From contig NMRA01000291.1 in the NCBI GenBank assembly GCA_002633005.1, positions 388,825 to 452,824 on the forward strand: a DNA stretch of 64,000 nt, in the 5' to 3' direction. The position numbers and the translations under genes are program-made. Positions 24,741 through 38,000 of the stretch are shown in pieces (position 1 is the stretch's first letter; each line of letters opens with the position of its first letter). This DNA comes from Phoronis australis (taxonomy: Eukaryota > Animalia > Phoronida). The notes under the pieces were generated by a model. It was not told the origin of the DNA. It was given only the letters and a program-made list of their open reading frames with translations, and did no database searches.

Positions 24741-27389
24741 TATTTTCAGAAAACTTAGCAGTGTTTAGAAAACTAAAATATTATTTGTAATTGAAACTGC
24801 ACAAACAGTTGGATATAACAACTTGATGAATCTAAATACTAATTCGGTAACGACCTCATGTTGACACGTTACGAAATCAAATGGTTTCAGTAACGTTTGT
24901 TACGAAATGGCTAGTGTTTCTGGAAAAGCACCTCACGAAAAGGTGACTTTTCTTGGAGGCTCCCTACCAACAGGCCACTCTTAATGGTTCAGGCGGGTAT
25001 TCTAACCTCTATTTGCACCGCCTTGTCAAAAATGAAGTTGAGTACCCCGGAATTTTCCTTGTTTCAGGTACATTATTCCTTTGAAGTATGGCTTTTATTA
25101 CAGAATTCTCTGAGGCAACATTTACCGGTATTCCTCTAAGAATGTACAATTTAAGAATATTATTTCCGTGTCCTCCGCGATTCTCCTGCAAACCTCACTC
25201 AGACCAAGTAAGGAAAAGGTTGGTATTTGTTGGCGCGTGTTAGAAAATTCATGGAGGCAGCAAAATTTGTGTCACGATGTATGATTTTTTGTGGCGTGTC
25301 GAGAAACTACAAGACTGCGCATTATTCATGTATTGACAAACAGTATAGTGTGGAAAGCTATTGGATTGGCGTCCACTTGACATAAACATGTAGCCACGCC
25401 TTCTCATTTTCAAAGCGTGTTTTGGGCGGTTTAAACTATGTACTAAACGTAGTAATTAAACGGTGAGAAATCTAGTAACTTGGCAAAACCAAGTTTCCCA
25501 GTATAGCTTAAAAATAAAGCAATTGGCGACCAATTTCCGGGGTCAATGGGTGCAAAATGTTTCACTGAATGCGAAACATTTGTTGTAAACATATTTTGAC
25601 ACTAACCTTAGTGGTGTAGGACTGATCCCCTAATTGACCATGATCCCGCCCTGTTTACGGCTGGCGTCATATAGTGAGCAGCAATTAACTAATTAGAGAT
25701 ATTAATGCCGATTTACCGTATAAAAGCACATAATGTTGTGTTTGTTTATCAAAATTGCAAGCCACCTTCTTTTCTGAGAATTTGCTCGTGTTTGTTGCTT
25801 GTCACTGGTTAAGGCACAATGGTAACTTTCATATTCTTGAGTTTTGGGCATTTTTGTTTGGCCACGGACTCAAATTCTTTTGACATTTCTCTTGCCAAAC
25901 CACCTAAAATGTTTGACAGGCTTGACAGAATGTACACAGTTGGATGGCTTCTTGGCGGAATTACAGGCTGTAGGTTTTGTAATCTAAGTACAAGAATTTT
26001 TGTGGTTCGGGTTATTTCAAGCAGCAGAGTTGTCGTCAAATCCGATTGTTGTTCAATACCGTTATCCGCAGCTGACTTTGAAAAGTAAATAGTTTCTTTA
26101 ATTTCCAAATTTTACCACCGGAAACTACACGTATTGGTGGTCCGTTTCAGTACATGGTTCTATGGAGACTCGTCAAAATAGATTTTGTTGTACAAATGTT
26201 TCAAAAAGTTATCGGAAAGTATTAACGATTAATTTTATTTGTCATTAAGTGCCCGTCATGTGGTATTTTCCAGTCAAAAATATCTTACCATGTACACCGA
26301 GTACCGTGTCTTTGACTCCTGAATTTTTGCATACTTGAATTTCGGTCTTCAGTGCAAAACTTCAGTAATTGACGGTTGAACAGCACGACTCTCCGTGAGC
26401 ATAACAAGATCACAGAGGTCTTCAGGTACAAAATTGCCCTGGATCATTTTAAGAACAGAAGTGAGTTAATTAGATAAAGCGTTCCCTGGATTTTCTCAAG
26501 ACCTCTCCCTTCCCTATTAAGGGATTGGCGCTTCTTTACTTACGTTTTCGTAAGGGAAAACTGCTAGGAATCTGTGCATTAGTTGTTTTAAAACTTCGGA
26601 TATCCAAGACTTTTTGAGATTTAGGTAGCAAAATAATCCCTAGTCTGTTTAGAACGTCAACAGCGTTGTAAACTTACAAACTTCGAATGTATAAATATTC
26701 CAAGGCTCCCGATTTTACCTAATGTATGTAGGTCAAATGAACTACCGTTTTAATGGATAGATTTCGAAGGTCTCTTAATTTACGTCTAAAGAGAGGTTCC
26801 AGAGTAGTTTGTATGTCCGTATTTGAAAGTCAATGAAGATGTTTCAATGAATGGAAACTGAAAACTTGACTTATTCTGTGCACGGTGTCCGTCAGTAGCA
26901 CTTAAAATGGGCACTGTGCATGATTACAACTTTTAGTTTAGGTTATTACCAGATGTGCATGTCGTATTTAGGCCCCTTAGCCAATATGTCGTGAAGCTGT
27001 GCATGTACCCGGAATCCTGTGCATGCCCTTTGTATGAATTGCAATTTTCAAAAATCCTATGCCAGTGAAACTTAACTTTCCAGTTTATAAAATGGTAGAT
27101 GTTCAATGGAATATTTTCAGCTATAAATCACTTCAGACTGAGACTTGGGTACCGTTTTATTAAAGGTCATAACTTCGACTTTAAATTGCAAACTGTTCAT
27201 TAACGTGGCTCGTGAAAATTGTAGGAAAAATAATTTTCTTAACGTCAGTTGCTACGTTTCCTTTATTTAAATACAGTGTCGAGTTCGCAAATAACATGCC
27301 TATGACCGTCTTAGCCACAGGCTAGCGTACGATCTTTGATAGAACCTGCCCGTGGTCTGTAGCATCACAGACAGCTCGAGCATACATTT

Positions 27390-27800
27390 GGGTCTAGAGT
27401 CTCTCGAATTCGGACGAGAACTATTTTTGCCATGTTCCGGTCTACTCTAACATGAACTCAAGATGAATGTTTATTATTCTGAGCTCGATTACATTATGGT
27501 TTACACGGATGACTGTCTAACCCTAGTTTGCACTTGATGACCCTAGCATTAAAGATGTAGGCTCGAGTTTGAACTCGAAATTTCGAGTTATCACCCGAAA
27601 TCTCGGATTCTTACTCGAGTTTGTACGTGACTTGAATTTAGTGGTCATCAAGCGCTAACTTGGGCTAAGACTCATCTGCGTAATTCCAACTTGCTCGCCC
27701 GCAGAATGATAGACACATGTCTTGAGTTTGTATTAAGGTAAGACGAAAAAAGTATAAAAAGATAATTTAGAGTACAATTTTGAAATTGGAGCTTAGGCCC
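27390..27800. mobile_element. Old foldback MITE, same family as 48198-48584
   Basis: Shared palindromic core ctcgagtttgaactcgaaatttcgag...tactcgagtttgta and arms gaactcaagat / tcttgagtt; ends approximate. Confidence 0.6.
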
Positions 27801-29098
27801 TCGGCCCTGCTTTCAGAGAAGTCATACCTGGCAACCTGACCGTCGAAATCCCTGAGGACCAGATCCACAACAGGCTGCCCAGTTGTATTGGATTATAGAC
27901 GAATCGTAACGACCGATAACTACGGAGACGTCACCAAACAACTGAACAAAAGCGCTAATAAAAAACTATAAATGCAAAGTACCGATAATGAAAGAAAAGA
28001 AGCGATAATCACACACTTTAAGTCATATTCATATATAAGGGAAAGCCGCCTACACATAAGCGTGAATCTTGGGCAAATGCGCATATACGCAAAAAAAAAT
28101 CAGATTCTTTGAATAAAAGCATTATAAGACGTATGGGCCCAATTATACGCAGTAAATAATTTATTGTCAAAAATATCACAATCGACAAACTTTCAAATGT
28201 TCAAGCCATTCCCTTAATAGCCATGTTGTTTTTCCTTAGAATTAAAGTCAATCGAGCTACATTATAGCCTTTAAAGTCGGCTTATTTACGTTAAACCTGT
28301 TTAACAAACATGCAAGATATTCTTTAATTTGGTGAAAAATAATTAAAAGTTTTCTAAAGGCGCCACCGCTTGCTGTCCCGTCTCGGGCAGCAAATTGCAT
28401 TTTGACTCCATTTTTTCTTAAACCTGTCTTTGATGTTTCCCTCTGTTTTAAAAATGCCCATTGAAATTGTGGAGCTTTCCGAAACCTAATTAATGAATTT
28501 GCTTTCCGTGTTTCGTTTTAAAGGATGCTTTACCAAAAGAACTAGAACTTGATACTAGATCAAGTAAATCGCCTGTTGGCTAAATTTGTCCGTCAGACAT
28601 TTTTACGTGGACTGATTCTATGGTTTGACGTTGATGCATTGTGATTTACTTAACGGTTCCAACTTGGCGATTTCACTGTTGGACTAGTGGTTTACATGGT
28701 AACGAAATTGTACATGCTGTGCTTGTGATCAGTAAAACACGTGGAGTAATTTTCAAGCACGCGCATACGTTCGCGGCTCTGGTTTAATCCCTGTTGTAAA
28801 GAGTTGCAAAAATGCATCGAACGTTGTATTGTAGAATCAGTACAATTTCAGCAGTTTTCTATACATTTGGAAATTTAAGTAGATAATTACACCGAACGAT
28901 TACTCAGTCCTACACAGGGACAGATCTGTCGTGGCTGAAGGCACCGTGGCAGGAAAACATCGCATTGAGTAGTTCGTGAAATATCCAATAGCGAGCCTAT
29001 TAAAGACAGTTGTTATTTTGACATTTTATTCTACGCATACAGTTATACAAATTGGTGTAGAAAGCTACTAACAAGATATAGGTCAACCATACGTCCCT

Positions 29099-29142
29099 CA
29101 CGCGCGCAAACGCGCGCGCGCGCACACACACACACACACACA
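29099..29142. repeat. (CG)n-(CA)n alternating purine-pyrimidine microsatellite
   Basis: cacgcgcgcaaacgcgcgcgcgcgcacacacacacacacacaca. Confidence 0.9.
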
Positions 29143-29671
29143 AACATTCCAGATCACCAGGTAACCAGGAGAGTGAGAAAGCTATCATACAAGAGACATG
29201 AGTGAAAAGGCCGCCCATCCTGTTACAGTTTGTGCATACACACAATTTTCCTGTAAGTAATATATTCTAAATTATAATAATTCTTAAAACGTTATCTTAC
29301 AACATTCTCTATGCTTAGTGAAATAGTGTTAATATAACCATAGTGTAAACGCCAAGTCGCTAGACTTTTCTGTGTCATTCTTGACTTATTTCATATGCCA
29401 GTATTTTATTTATCTTTGTATGTCATGTGTGTTTTGTATTTTTGGGATTTGCCAAATGAATCTTTCTATAGGACTACGCAACCCTGTCATTTTGAGGTTA
29501 AGGTGATAACAATAGGACCACTAGTAGTATCCGTCGGAAACGTGATTTTCAGTTACTTTCTGAAGCTATACGACCTGTTGGGCACTCTTCGTGGTAAGAA
29601 GTGCCGCTGCAATGTCAAAATCTCTACCAAAGACACAAAATACAGCGCACCAACGCAACTCGCAGACAGAC

Positions 29672-29874
29672 TTGTACCCGAAACGAGTCATGAAATCATT
29701 GACCCTGGTGGCGGTTAATACCCGAGTCAATACCACTATTGACACCCCGGTGACCGCAAATCCAAACCACACACCTGTACCCAAAATAAATCTTGAAATC
29801 ATAGCCCCGGGTGGCGGCTAGTAGCCTAGTAAATACCGAGACTGACACCCCCAGTGACCGTAAATCCAAACCAC
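29672..29874. repeat. Two-copy tandem repeat, ~103-bp period
   Basis: tgtaccc..tgaaatcat...ggtggcgg.ta...gacacccc..tgaccg.aaatccaaaccac occurs twice. Confidence 0.8.
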
Positions 29875-30839
29875 TAAAGGCTCGTCTGGACTTTGCTGTT
29901 TGGGGGCGTGTGATATAGACCTGACTTGCCCGAATTTCATAAAGGTACGTCAAAATATACAGAAACTTCGATTTACTAAAGAGTTACACATTGGCGCGAA
30001 CAAAACGGTTTTGGTGCTGCGCGAACATTTTGCCTTCGAGAAATATGGTTGTCTTCTTACGATATCCCTGATCCGCCACTGACTACCTCAGCTTGACGAA
30101 AATCATCGTCGGTGGAATTCGCTGTTTGAGAAAAGAATGACATCGATTTTACTGAAATTCAACCTACATTCGAAAATTCTCTGAAGCGCACTCGGGAACT
30201 TCCTTGAAAGATTTGATTATACGCAAAAATCTTACAAGACTTCGTACATTTTGTAGACACCGCATAACATGTAAAACAGAAAGCAACAAACCCTTTACAT
30301 ATCGAATCTTCTCGAACATGGAAGTTTTGGTCATTTTGAGATGCAGCATTATAGTACGTCTTTATCCGAAGTAAGGAATCTTTAGGTGATCCCAGAAGGC
30401 ATGCGCGTGGGTACCTGATGAGGACAAGACTCGCCGAGGGACAGTCGAGGTATCCCACACCTGACGGAGAGTTTGGAAGTCCTCGCCCAAAGAATTTTCA
30501 GAATTCAGGCGTGTTAACGTGGATTGCAGTGGTATCCTCTTGTTCTTAGTGGCTAGCGTAAAATTTACCTATTTAAAGTCAAAGAAATCCTCATGCCATT
30601 TTGAGGACGTTGAAATCAGTCGTTAAAACTTAATAAAAAAAAAAATTTTTAAAAAAAATCCCGCCTTGACTGTCGATGTCCACAGGGCGAAAATTTCAAG
30701 TTTCATAAAAACGCTTTCCCAATCGAACGATAAAGAAATGGGTCTCTCCATTATTACACGAATACTATTGGGTATTGCTCATTGCTTGGTCTTCAAGCTT
30801 GTAAACCTTTCATCTTCACCCGGTTCTTGTCAATGAGTG

Positions 30840-30989
30840 CAGGCGCGGATCCAGGATTTTGAGTTTGGGGGGAGGGGGGCCAGAGCAGAGTATTAGCCAG
30901 GTTTCACAACCCCGAACTGCCAAATGTAATCTAGGAGAATGTTAGGGAGGGGTCATGGCCCCCTTGGCTCCCCTCTATATCCGCCACTG
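30840..30989 (+). mobile_element. 150-bp GC-rich MITE (CAGGCGCGGATCC...ATCCGCCACTG)
   Basis: Imperfect TIRs; TSD eroded (gagtg/gatta). Confidence 0.65.
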
Positions 30990-31386
30990 GATTACTTGAT
31001 CAGTTAAGCACTACATATCGGGGTTCTCGGCGTGTTCTTCACCGTAGACCGCGTATCTTGATGCTGTCCCGGTGGGTTGTATGATTTAGACTTATTGGGC
31101 AATTGGAAATTCTAGTTCTTTCCCATGTGATTAGTTGTCACGGTATTTAACTGCCGACGCGGCTTCTGCCAATATCTTTTCCCCGTTGATTTTTTGATTG
31201 CTGCTCCGGCTATCCGAATTATATTTTCCAAAGTTTCCACCAATTTACCTCCTCCCCTCACCTAATACACCTAAGACCTTGACCTAGACTACTACAATGC
31301 CAAATTATCCACCTGACACGATGCCACAATACTTGAAGGGGCACGTATGTTTCTACCTAGAAACCAACCTCCGGGTTTCTGCCCAG

Positions 31387-31640
31387 GGGCCTGTTCCAAG
31401 AAACTGACTTAAGTTCATTTTTGACTTAAGTTTAAGATTTGTCTTAAATTCCAAACTTTGAAACTTCCACTTGCTGTTAGTTAGTGAAATTTAAGACAAA
31501 ACTTACGTCACACAGTTAATTCAAACTTAAGATCTCTTTCTTGAATTGGTTTTGAGATAAATTTAACTTTTATTTTAAAATTTACTAAAATTTAGGATTT
31601 GTCTTCAAGTTAGCTAAGTCAGTTTTGTGGGAACGGGCCC
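31387..31640. mobile_element. PIF/Harbinger-like MITE just upstream of NDUFB5
   Basis: TIR gggcctgttccaagaaactgactta...taagtcagttttgtgggaacgggccc; flanked by cag/ctg (CWG target); palindromic interior. Confidence 0.75.
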
Positions 31641-31688
31641 CTGGTCTTGGGCTCCGTTTTGGTTACCTCCGGTACTTTGTTGATCGAT

Positions 31689-31916
31689 CGCGACCTCTAC
31701 TGGGAAATGAAATGAACGTGAAGAATGCTTCACAATAAATATTTATATGTCCTAAGCAAAACAATTGAAATTTGTTTTTGTTTATACATACAGTAAATCT
31801 TCCTTTTGGAGGGGAGGGGGCAAAAGATCATAGATGTTTGTTCAATACGAAATTGAAGTCCATTAAATTTGACCAATCAACATTAAGTATTTATTTTTGT
31901 GCCTTCAAGATGGCGG
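31689..31916 (+). promoter_or_regulatory. NDUFB5 proximal promoter motifs
   Basis: CTCF-like CCAGTAGAGGTCGCG (minus, 31689-31703), CCAAT at 31873-31877, YY1-type CAAGATGGCGG overlapping the ATG at 31910. Confidence 0.45.
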
Positions 31917-32018
31917 CTATGGGATTTCTTCGGATGTCCCAAGCCGGGGTGAAATGTCTGAGAATTCCGCTTTTAAAGCCAGCGAATTTTCTTGGCAACG
32001 TTTCCAATTCTAATTTAG
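31910..32018 (+). CDS. NDUFB5: NDUFB5 exon 1 (MAAMGFLRMSQAGVKCLRIP...; transit peptide)
   Basis: aagATGG Kozak context, donor G|gtatgt, basic presequence with no acidic residues. Confidence 0.88.
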
Positions 32019-35000
32019 GTATGTAAAGAAGTTACGTTTAATTTTGCATTACATTTGTCCCTCGCAATCGTCACAAAGCTCCGTGCACAAAATTTGCATT
32101 CAAGGCCCAAAACTGTCTGAATGTAAAAACAGAATTGCCTTGGTTTTTGGTTGGTTTTGGCCTTGCCATTGAATTTGGCCTTGGCCTTACTAGGCTTTTG
32201 AAGCTCTTATCTGTGGCGTATCCGTGAGTTTTCGCTATACTTCTCAGGGATCCAGTGGAGGTAGTCAGTCACAATAAACTTGGGTACACTACGTGCTTTC
32301 CACGTGAAAATGGAGTTGTGTTGAAACGGAGATACCCAAGACCAAGTTTGTGACGACTGCCCCCCCATTTGCAGTACACAGAACACCAGGCCCTGTGGGT
32401 AAAAGTCGAATAGGTGTTTCCCTCTTCCCATCTACTCGACTGTGTGCTTCTTTCACTTTTCTTGGTTTCTGTTGGCCAATACTCAGCTCTGAAACAGAGT
32501 TGAGGGGCTATCGAAACGCTTTTTTCAAATTTGTGAAATGGAAATAATTTAAGGTAGGTGTATACACTGATCAAATCTCCAGGTTCCTAACTAAAATGAG
32601 TAAAAAGGGAGTTTTAACTAGTTAGACATGACTCTGAAAGTGACAAAAATCGAGAAAAAAATATGTTTTTTTGTAGTTGGTTTTTTTAAAAAATCGTATT
32701 TTTTAATTTTCAACAAATCCAATTTTACCTCGAATTTTTTTCAAAATGCACAGGGATCATCATCAACTATTTCCTTACGCAATATTCTACTTATCCATAC
32801 CAAATATATGTACAAAATCATTATGATCTTGATTTTGTGGCATTTTTTGTGTGTGAGTTGGGGCAAGCACGCCACTTTTTGTCATTTGGTCACTTTCCGT
32901 CTAATAACTAAAAATCTGGTCCATTTATCAAAAAACCCTGGCACGCGATTTTACTTCAGTCCAAGAGGATTTCAAATTTGCAACTTTCGTTAAAATTGAC
33001 CCACGTGTTGTGGAAAAATAGGCCCGAGAATCGTGTCACTATCCTGAAATCACGAGCCGAGAAAAACGGCTTTGAAGTTAAGCGGTCATCGATTGCCACT
33101 TGAGATCAAATTTCGTTCAGAATGCGTGGTCATTATGTTCCAATTTTTGTTGAAGTACTAGAAATAAAGCTGATATTTACTTCATATTTAGAAAATGTGA
33201 CATACCTGTTTGTTTACAGCGTAATTTTAATCATTTTTTCGAACTTGTGATGCACGACAGACGACCAAAACAAATATGGCTGTCACGTGGGCGGAGCTTA
33301 GCGTTGATCTATTGTCTGCTGTACTGGTGTGCCGACCACCATGTGTTGATTGTTTATACGATTCATCTGAACTCTCCACTCAGTTTGTAAAAGACTCTCT
33401 AACTATATTACACAGACCTATTTGTTAGTATTCCAATATTATCATCAACCAATATATGTGTTATATCAAATCGCCGCGTTACTGCCTACATAACAATATT
33501 GGCGACGAGGATAAAGAACTACTTTCATAGTAATGGTTCAACATTTTTACGTGCCTGTACCGAATGGACTTTGGGATAAGAAAATATCACTTTCTGCGCA
33601 AATAGCGCCGCTTGGGTGAGGTTCTCAAGTTACTAAAGTTTCTTATATTGCTTTCCTCTAAAATCGTATAATATCATGAGTTTTAATTCAGGGTTACGTT
33701 TGAATCTATGCACTAGAAAATTTTTTGTTATGTTGAACACTGGGTCATTTCTCTAATTCTTTGGGTTACGGCCAGTGGCAAGTTAAAAATCCTCTGGGTT
33801 TGACAGCCTAGTTTCTCCACGGCACGTTCCCAGCACAGAAGCACGGTTTATCTGCGAAGACTCTACTCTGACGGCATGTAGTTGTCCATGTGTCGCGCGC
33901 GCGGCTTGTCTTCACAGCGCGTGCATGCACTCTCACCGAATCGTGCAACACCACCCACGTCGACACTCAGCGTCCTCTCGCAAGACAACTGACCTTATAT
34001 TACCGACTTCTCTTATACATGCACAATCTCTGCACGGACTCCTCAAGCTGAGTGCAGTGATGGCTTCGGTAGGGCTTGGCGTACTCAACTTAATTTTTTT
34101 GCAGATAGACAAACAGGCTCAGGCTCGGAACAGGAGCTAGTTCACCATTTCACTACTGACTTTCACATGGTCAAAAATAGAATTGTTTTATTCTTGGTCT
34201 TGCTACAACACCAATATCAGCTGGTACATCACTCTCGATTGCCCGGTTACGCAATGCTTGTTGACAGGGTTAGATTAGAGCTAGTGTCCTTGTATATAAG
34301 CTCCGCCCCAGTTGACAATCACTGAGCTGGTGAGCACTCAAGCCATATGACTTACTGAGGCTTGGTCAAATATAGCTAAAAAAACAACTTTGGATTTTCA
34401 GAATGATTTTATTTTTCCTCAGTATACTGTGCATCAAGAATTAAAGATTAGGATGATATGAAAATGTAAAAAACAGTCAAAATTAATTTTTTTGTGTATC
34501 CACCTACCTTAAAGAAATGGGAGAAAAGTACTTGATTGTGCCGTTACTAACCAAATTGAATTACCTTGACATAGTTAGGGAACTGTAAATGGTATATTTC
34601 GCGTCAACAATGAATCAAATCATCTGCCATCTTGTAACCTCCAATTTTAATCTCGTGACGTCATATTATAATTAGTAGTTACCTGAATGCTAGGCAATTA
34701 CATCGCCTTGGATTATGCAGGCATACAGGGGCGATAGTACATTCCCACAAAAAGTTACTCATTTCAAAATACAGCAAATAAAATCAAATGAACCATACAT
34801 ATAGGAACATGGGGTTATAATTAACACATACCATGACTCTGGATACAATTTAGTCAGGAAAACTTGAACAAATCGATGAAAATCTGTCGCGGTTTGCCCG
34901 AGTTTTTCTTACCGGGTGCCATTTTGAGGATGTTACGTGAAATCTCGCATGTAGACGAATAAAAAGTCCAAGGGATACAAATCTTACAAATTTCACCTGA

Positions 35001-38000
35001 CGGATACCTTATGTTGCGCTAGTGTCACGCACTTCGCTCAGTCTCGCGCTAGCCTTTGCCTAACTCACGTGACTCAGTTGACATACTTTGCGGTTATCGG
35101 GTGTGGTGAAAAAGTTAACGGCAACCAAACAAGTGGAGTTTGATTTCTTCGCCAAAGTCAAGTTAATTCTCACAACTAAGCTTCATAGAAGATATGTATA
35201 GAAGTAGAAAGGGCCAATGATGAAAGTAAGCGCTTTTTTAAATGATAGCTTTAAGTGTGGAATGTATTTTTGACGAGGTGGAAACTCAAGATCAGTAACC
35301 CAAATCCGGTCACCGCCCATTTAAAATCCATGTAACGAAATGCGTACAGAAAGCGAATGAAAATATTGTAGCCCCTATATGGCTAACCGAGGGGCTAAGT
35401 GTTGCCAACCTGAATGCCAGCCAGTGAGCCAAGTGAATGCTTCAGTTTTCAATTTCATGATAATGCAAATGCCGGAGTGTCTGGAGTGACTAGCGAATAG
35501 TAAAAAAGTCAAATCTTTTAGTGAATAATTTTTTTCGAATGGTTTGACAGTTATACTCGCTGTATTATGTCTGCATAAACGTGTTCACGCGATCACAATT
35601 TCGACGAGTGCAAATTAATATTTGATGTGGAATTCGAGTGTGATGTGCATGACTTAATTCTACAGTTTCAATGTACGGACTTCCAATCTGGTTTATGGGT
35701 TGGTTTACCAACTAAGTATTTGTGTTCTTTTCAGTTGTATAAAACACTGAGGTGTAGGTGGCTGTACATCCTAACAAGATGTGCATGCCACAAGGTTTTT
35801 GACATATTTTACCTTGCCCTAGCTCCATAATTACCTTTCGAGCACAGAGGGACAACTTAGGAGGTCGTCGAAGCCTTTAAATCTTTTCAGTTCTAACAAA
35901 TATTTTTTAAATCAAGATTTTTTCGGACACAACCTTTTTGTTGTCAATCAAATCGTGAACTGGCCATTTTTGCAGAGCACATCACAGCGCATGTCTTATC
36001 TAGGCATTAAAATATTTGAATGATTTTGAGGTCAACTGCGGAAGAACTTTTACTAATCATTGATCCTTGACACTGGCAATCTGCCAGGATATCTAGTGTT
36101 CAACACTTGGCTGCCATGATTGCTACTCATTTCCACCTAGCTAGCAAAATGGCAAGGTCAACAATTTCATTGGAGAATGAAGGAATGCGTAGAGAAGATA
36201 TCTTGATAAATAGTTGATTCCCATATTATTTATTGTCCTTCTGTGTTCTTAATGATCATGAATTTGATGGTTTAGCCAGGGCAAGGTGTAATTTGCGGAA
36301 AACTTGTGGTGTACATAGGGCCTATGGAAGCGGAACCATTTGAGTGAGATTTGCAGGCCCAGTTCTTATGGTAGCGCTGCCTGCCTGCTGTTTCGTCCCC
36401 CCCCAAGCCAGAATGTTATTTACCGATAATTTATATCGGAATTTGAATTATAGGCAGGTAATTCTATTTTCTTTTTAGTTGCTCTTCGCCAGATGGGTCA
36501 TGGTCCACGAAAAATGGTCATCCGACCTGGTCGTCTGGAGTGGGATCAGTTCAAGGATGAGGCAGTAAGTTCAGATGTAGAGAATCCAAACTTTCAGCAG
36601 GGGTTCATCCAGGATTTTAAAAATAGGCAATTTCAATGGGCTTTCCCAATTTCTCAGTGTGCTCTTGAGCATTGATGCATCACTGCTTTCTTGTAATCCA
36701 AGTCGGATTGCTTTTATAGTGTGGTAGGTTATTGTGGAGATGTGGGTCTGCAGTAAAGTTTATCACATCTTAAACTTTTTATTATGGACAGACAGGGCAA
36801 TTATCACCTGGAGCTACTGTTACCATATCAAAATAAACCAATACTTGCTTTCTTTACGCGGGTGTAGAAATGCTGAACAGGGCATCCTAAGTAGGGTGTA
36901 TCAATGGGCCCTGGACGCCCACTAGATGAAGGTCTGGTACATGTAGTGTGCTTTGGAAAAGGAGAGTAGTTGATCAGAAATGAGGTGATTTATTGGAGCT
37001 ACAAGCCTAAGTCATAAGGAAAATTGTACTAATTTGTAATTCAATTTTTGAAATTTCCAGGATCAGTTTATTTCTCGAAATTCAAGATACCCTTATAAAT
37101 TTTGACGTTTTATCGTGTAGCTGTTGAAATTGACACCCCTTTTTATCCTTATGTGATTAGCTGCTACTTTCACTGATAGCTTATCTTTCAGTGATATTTT
37201 ATTTGTGGGGATGTTTGTAATTCTGACTCATTTCGTTTCAGCATTTTTTCTTCATGCTGGGCATAATCCCCCTCGGCGCCATCATCATTTATGCTAATGT
37301 CTTTATCGGTATGTAAATTTGCATATAGAATTCCAGTGAAGCTGATGTGTTAGTTCGGTTATTTGAAATGTTACTGAAAAAGTGTTTGATTCTGTAGAAT
37401 AGTATTTCAGCTTGGTGATAAACTAACATTAAAGTTTCTTCGTACCAGAAAATTAAATGCACGCATGTGTCTCTGTGTAATAAGTATACCGACACACTCA
37501 AATTTTCCCACTAAGTAAACAGTCTAATGGTGGGGTTGCCATGGTCACGTGTTGATCAAATCAAGCTTAGCTTGTTCTGTTACTTACTTACGTTTTACAT
37601 ATTTATCGCTTTCATCCTTTGTTGAAAAACTTGTGTTTCAACAAAAATAGTTCTTGTGTCACTTAAGTTTTCATACTAAATGTGTAATGTCCACCCAAAA
37701 AATAAATAAATAAATTTTTTATCGTGCAGGTAAAGCCGAGCTAGCAGACATACCTGAAGGTTATGAACCAGAGTTCCATGAATATTACAGTGTAAGTAAC
37801 TCGAAAGAGACTGAGGCTTATGTTATGCAGAGTTTACCATTTTTCTCTGCATTTTACCTTTTCCAGATTAATGCAAGTTATTCATCGCTTAACTGGTTAT
37901 TAGTTTGACTGCCTACATTGGTGTTGCGTAGAATTCCATACTTCTTTGTTCACTCACTTTGGTATAAATATGGTGGGTGGCACAAAAAAGACAGCAATGT

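Noticed and set aside
25809-26108. Overlapping 99-aa and 89-aa ORFs on opposite strands
   Set aside because: No recognisable homology or exon context; lengths are compatible with chance.
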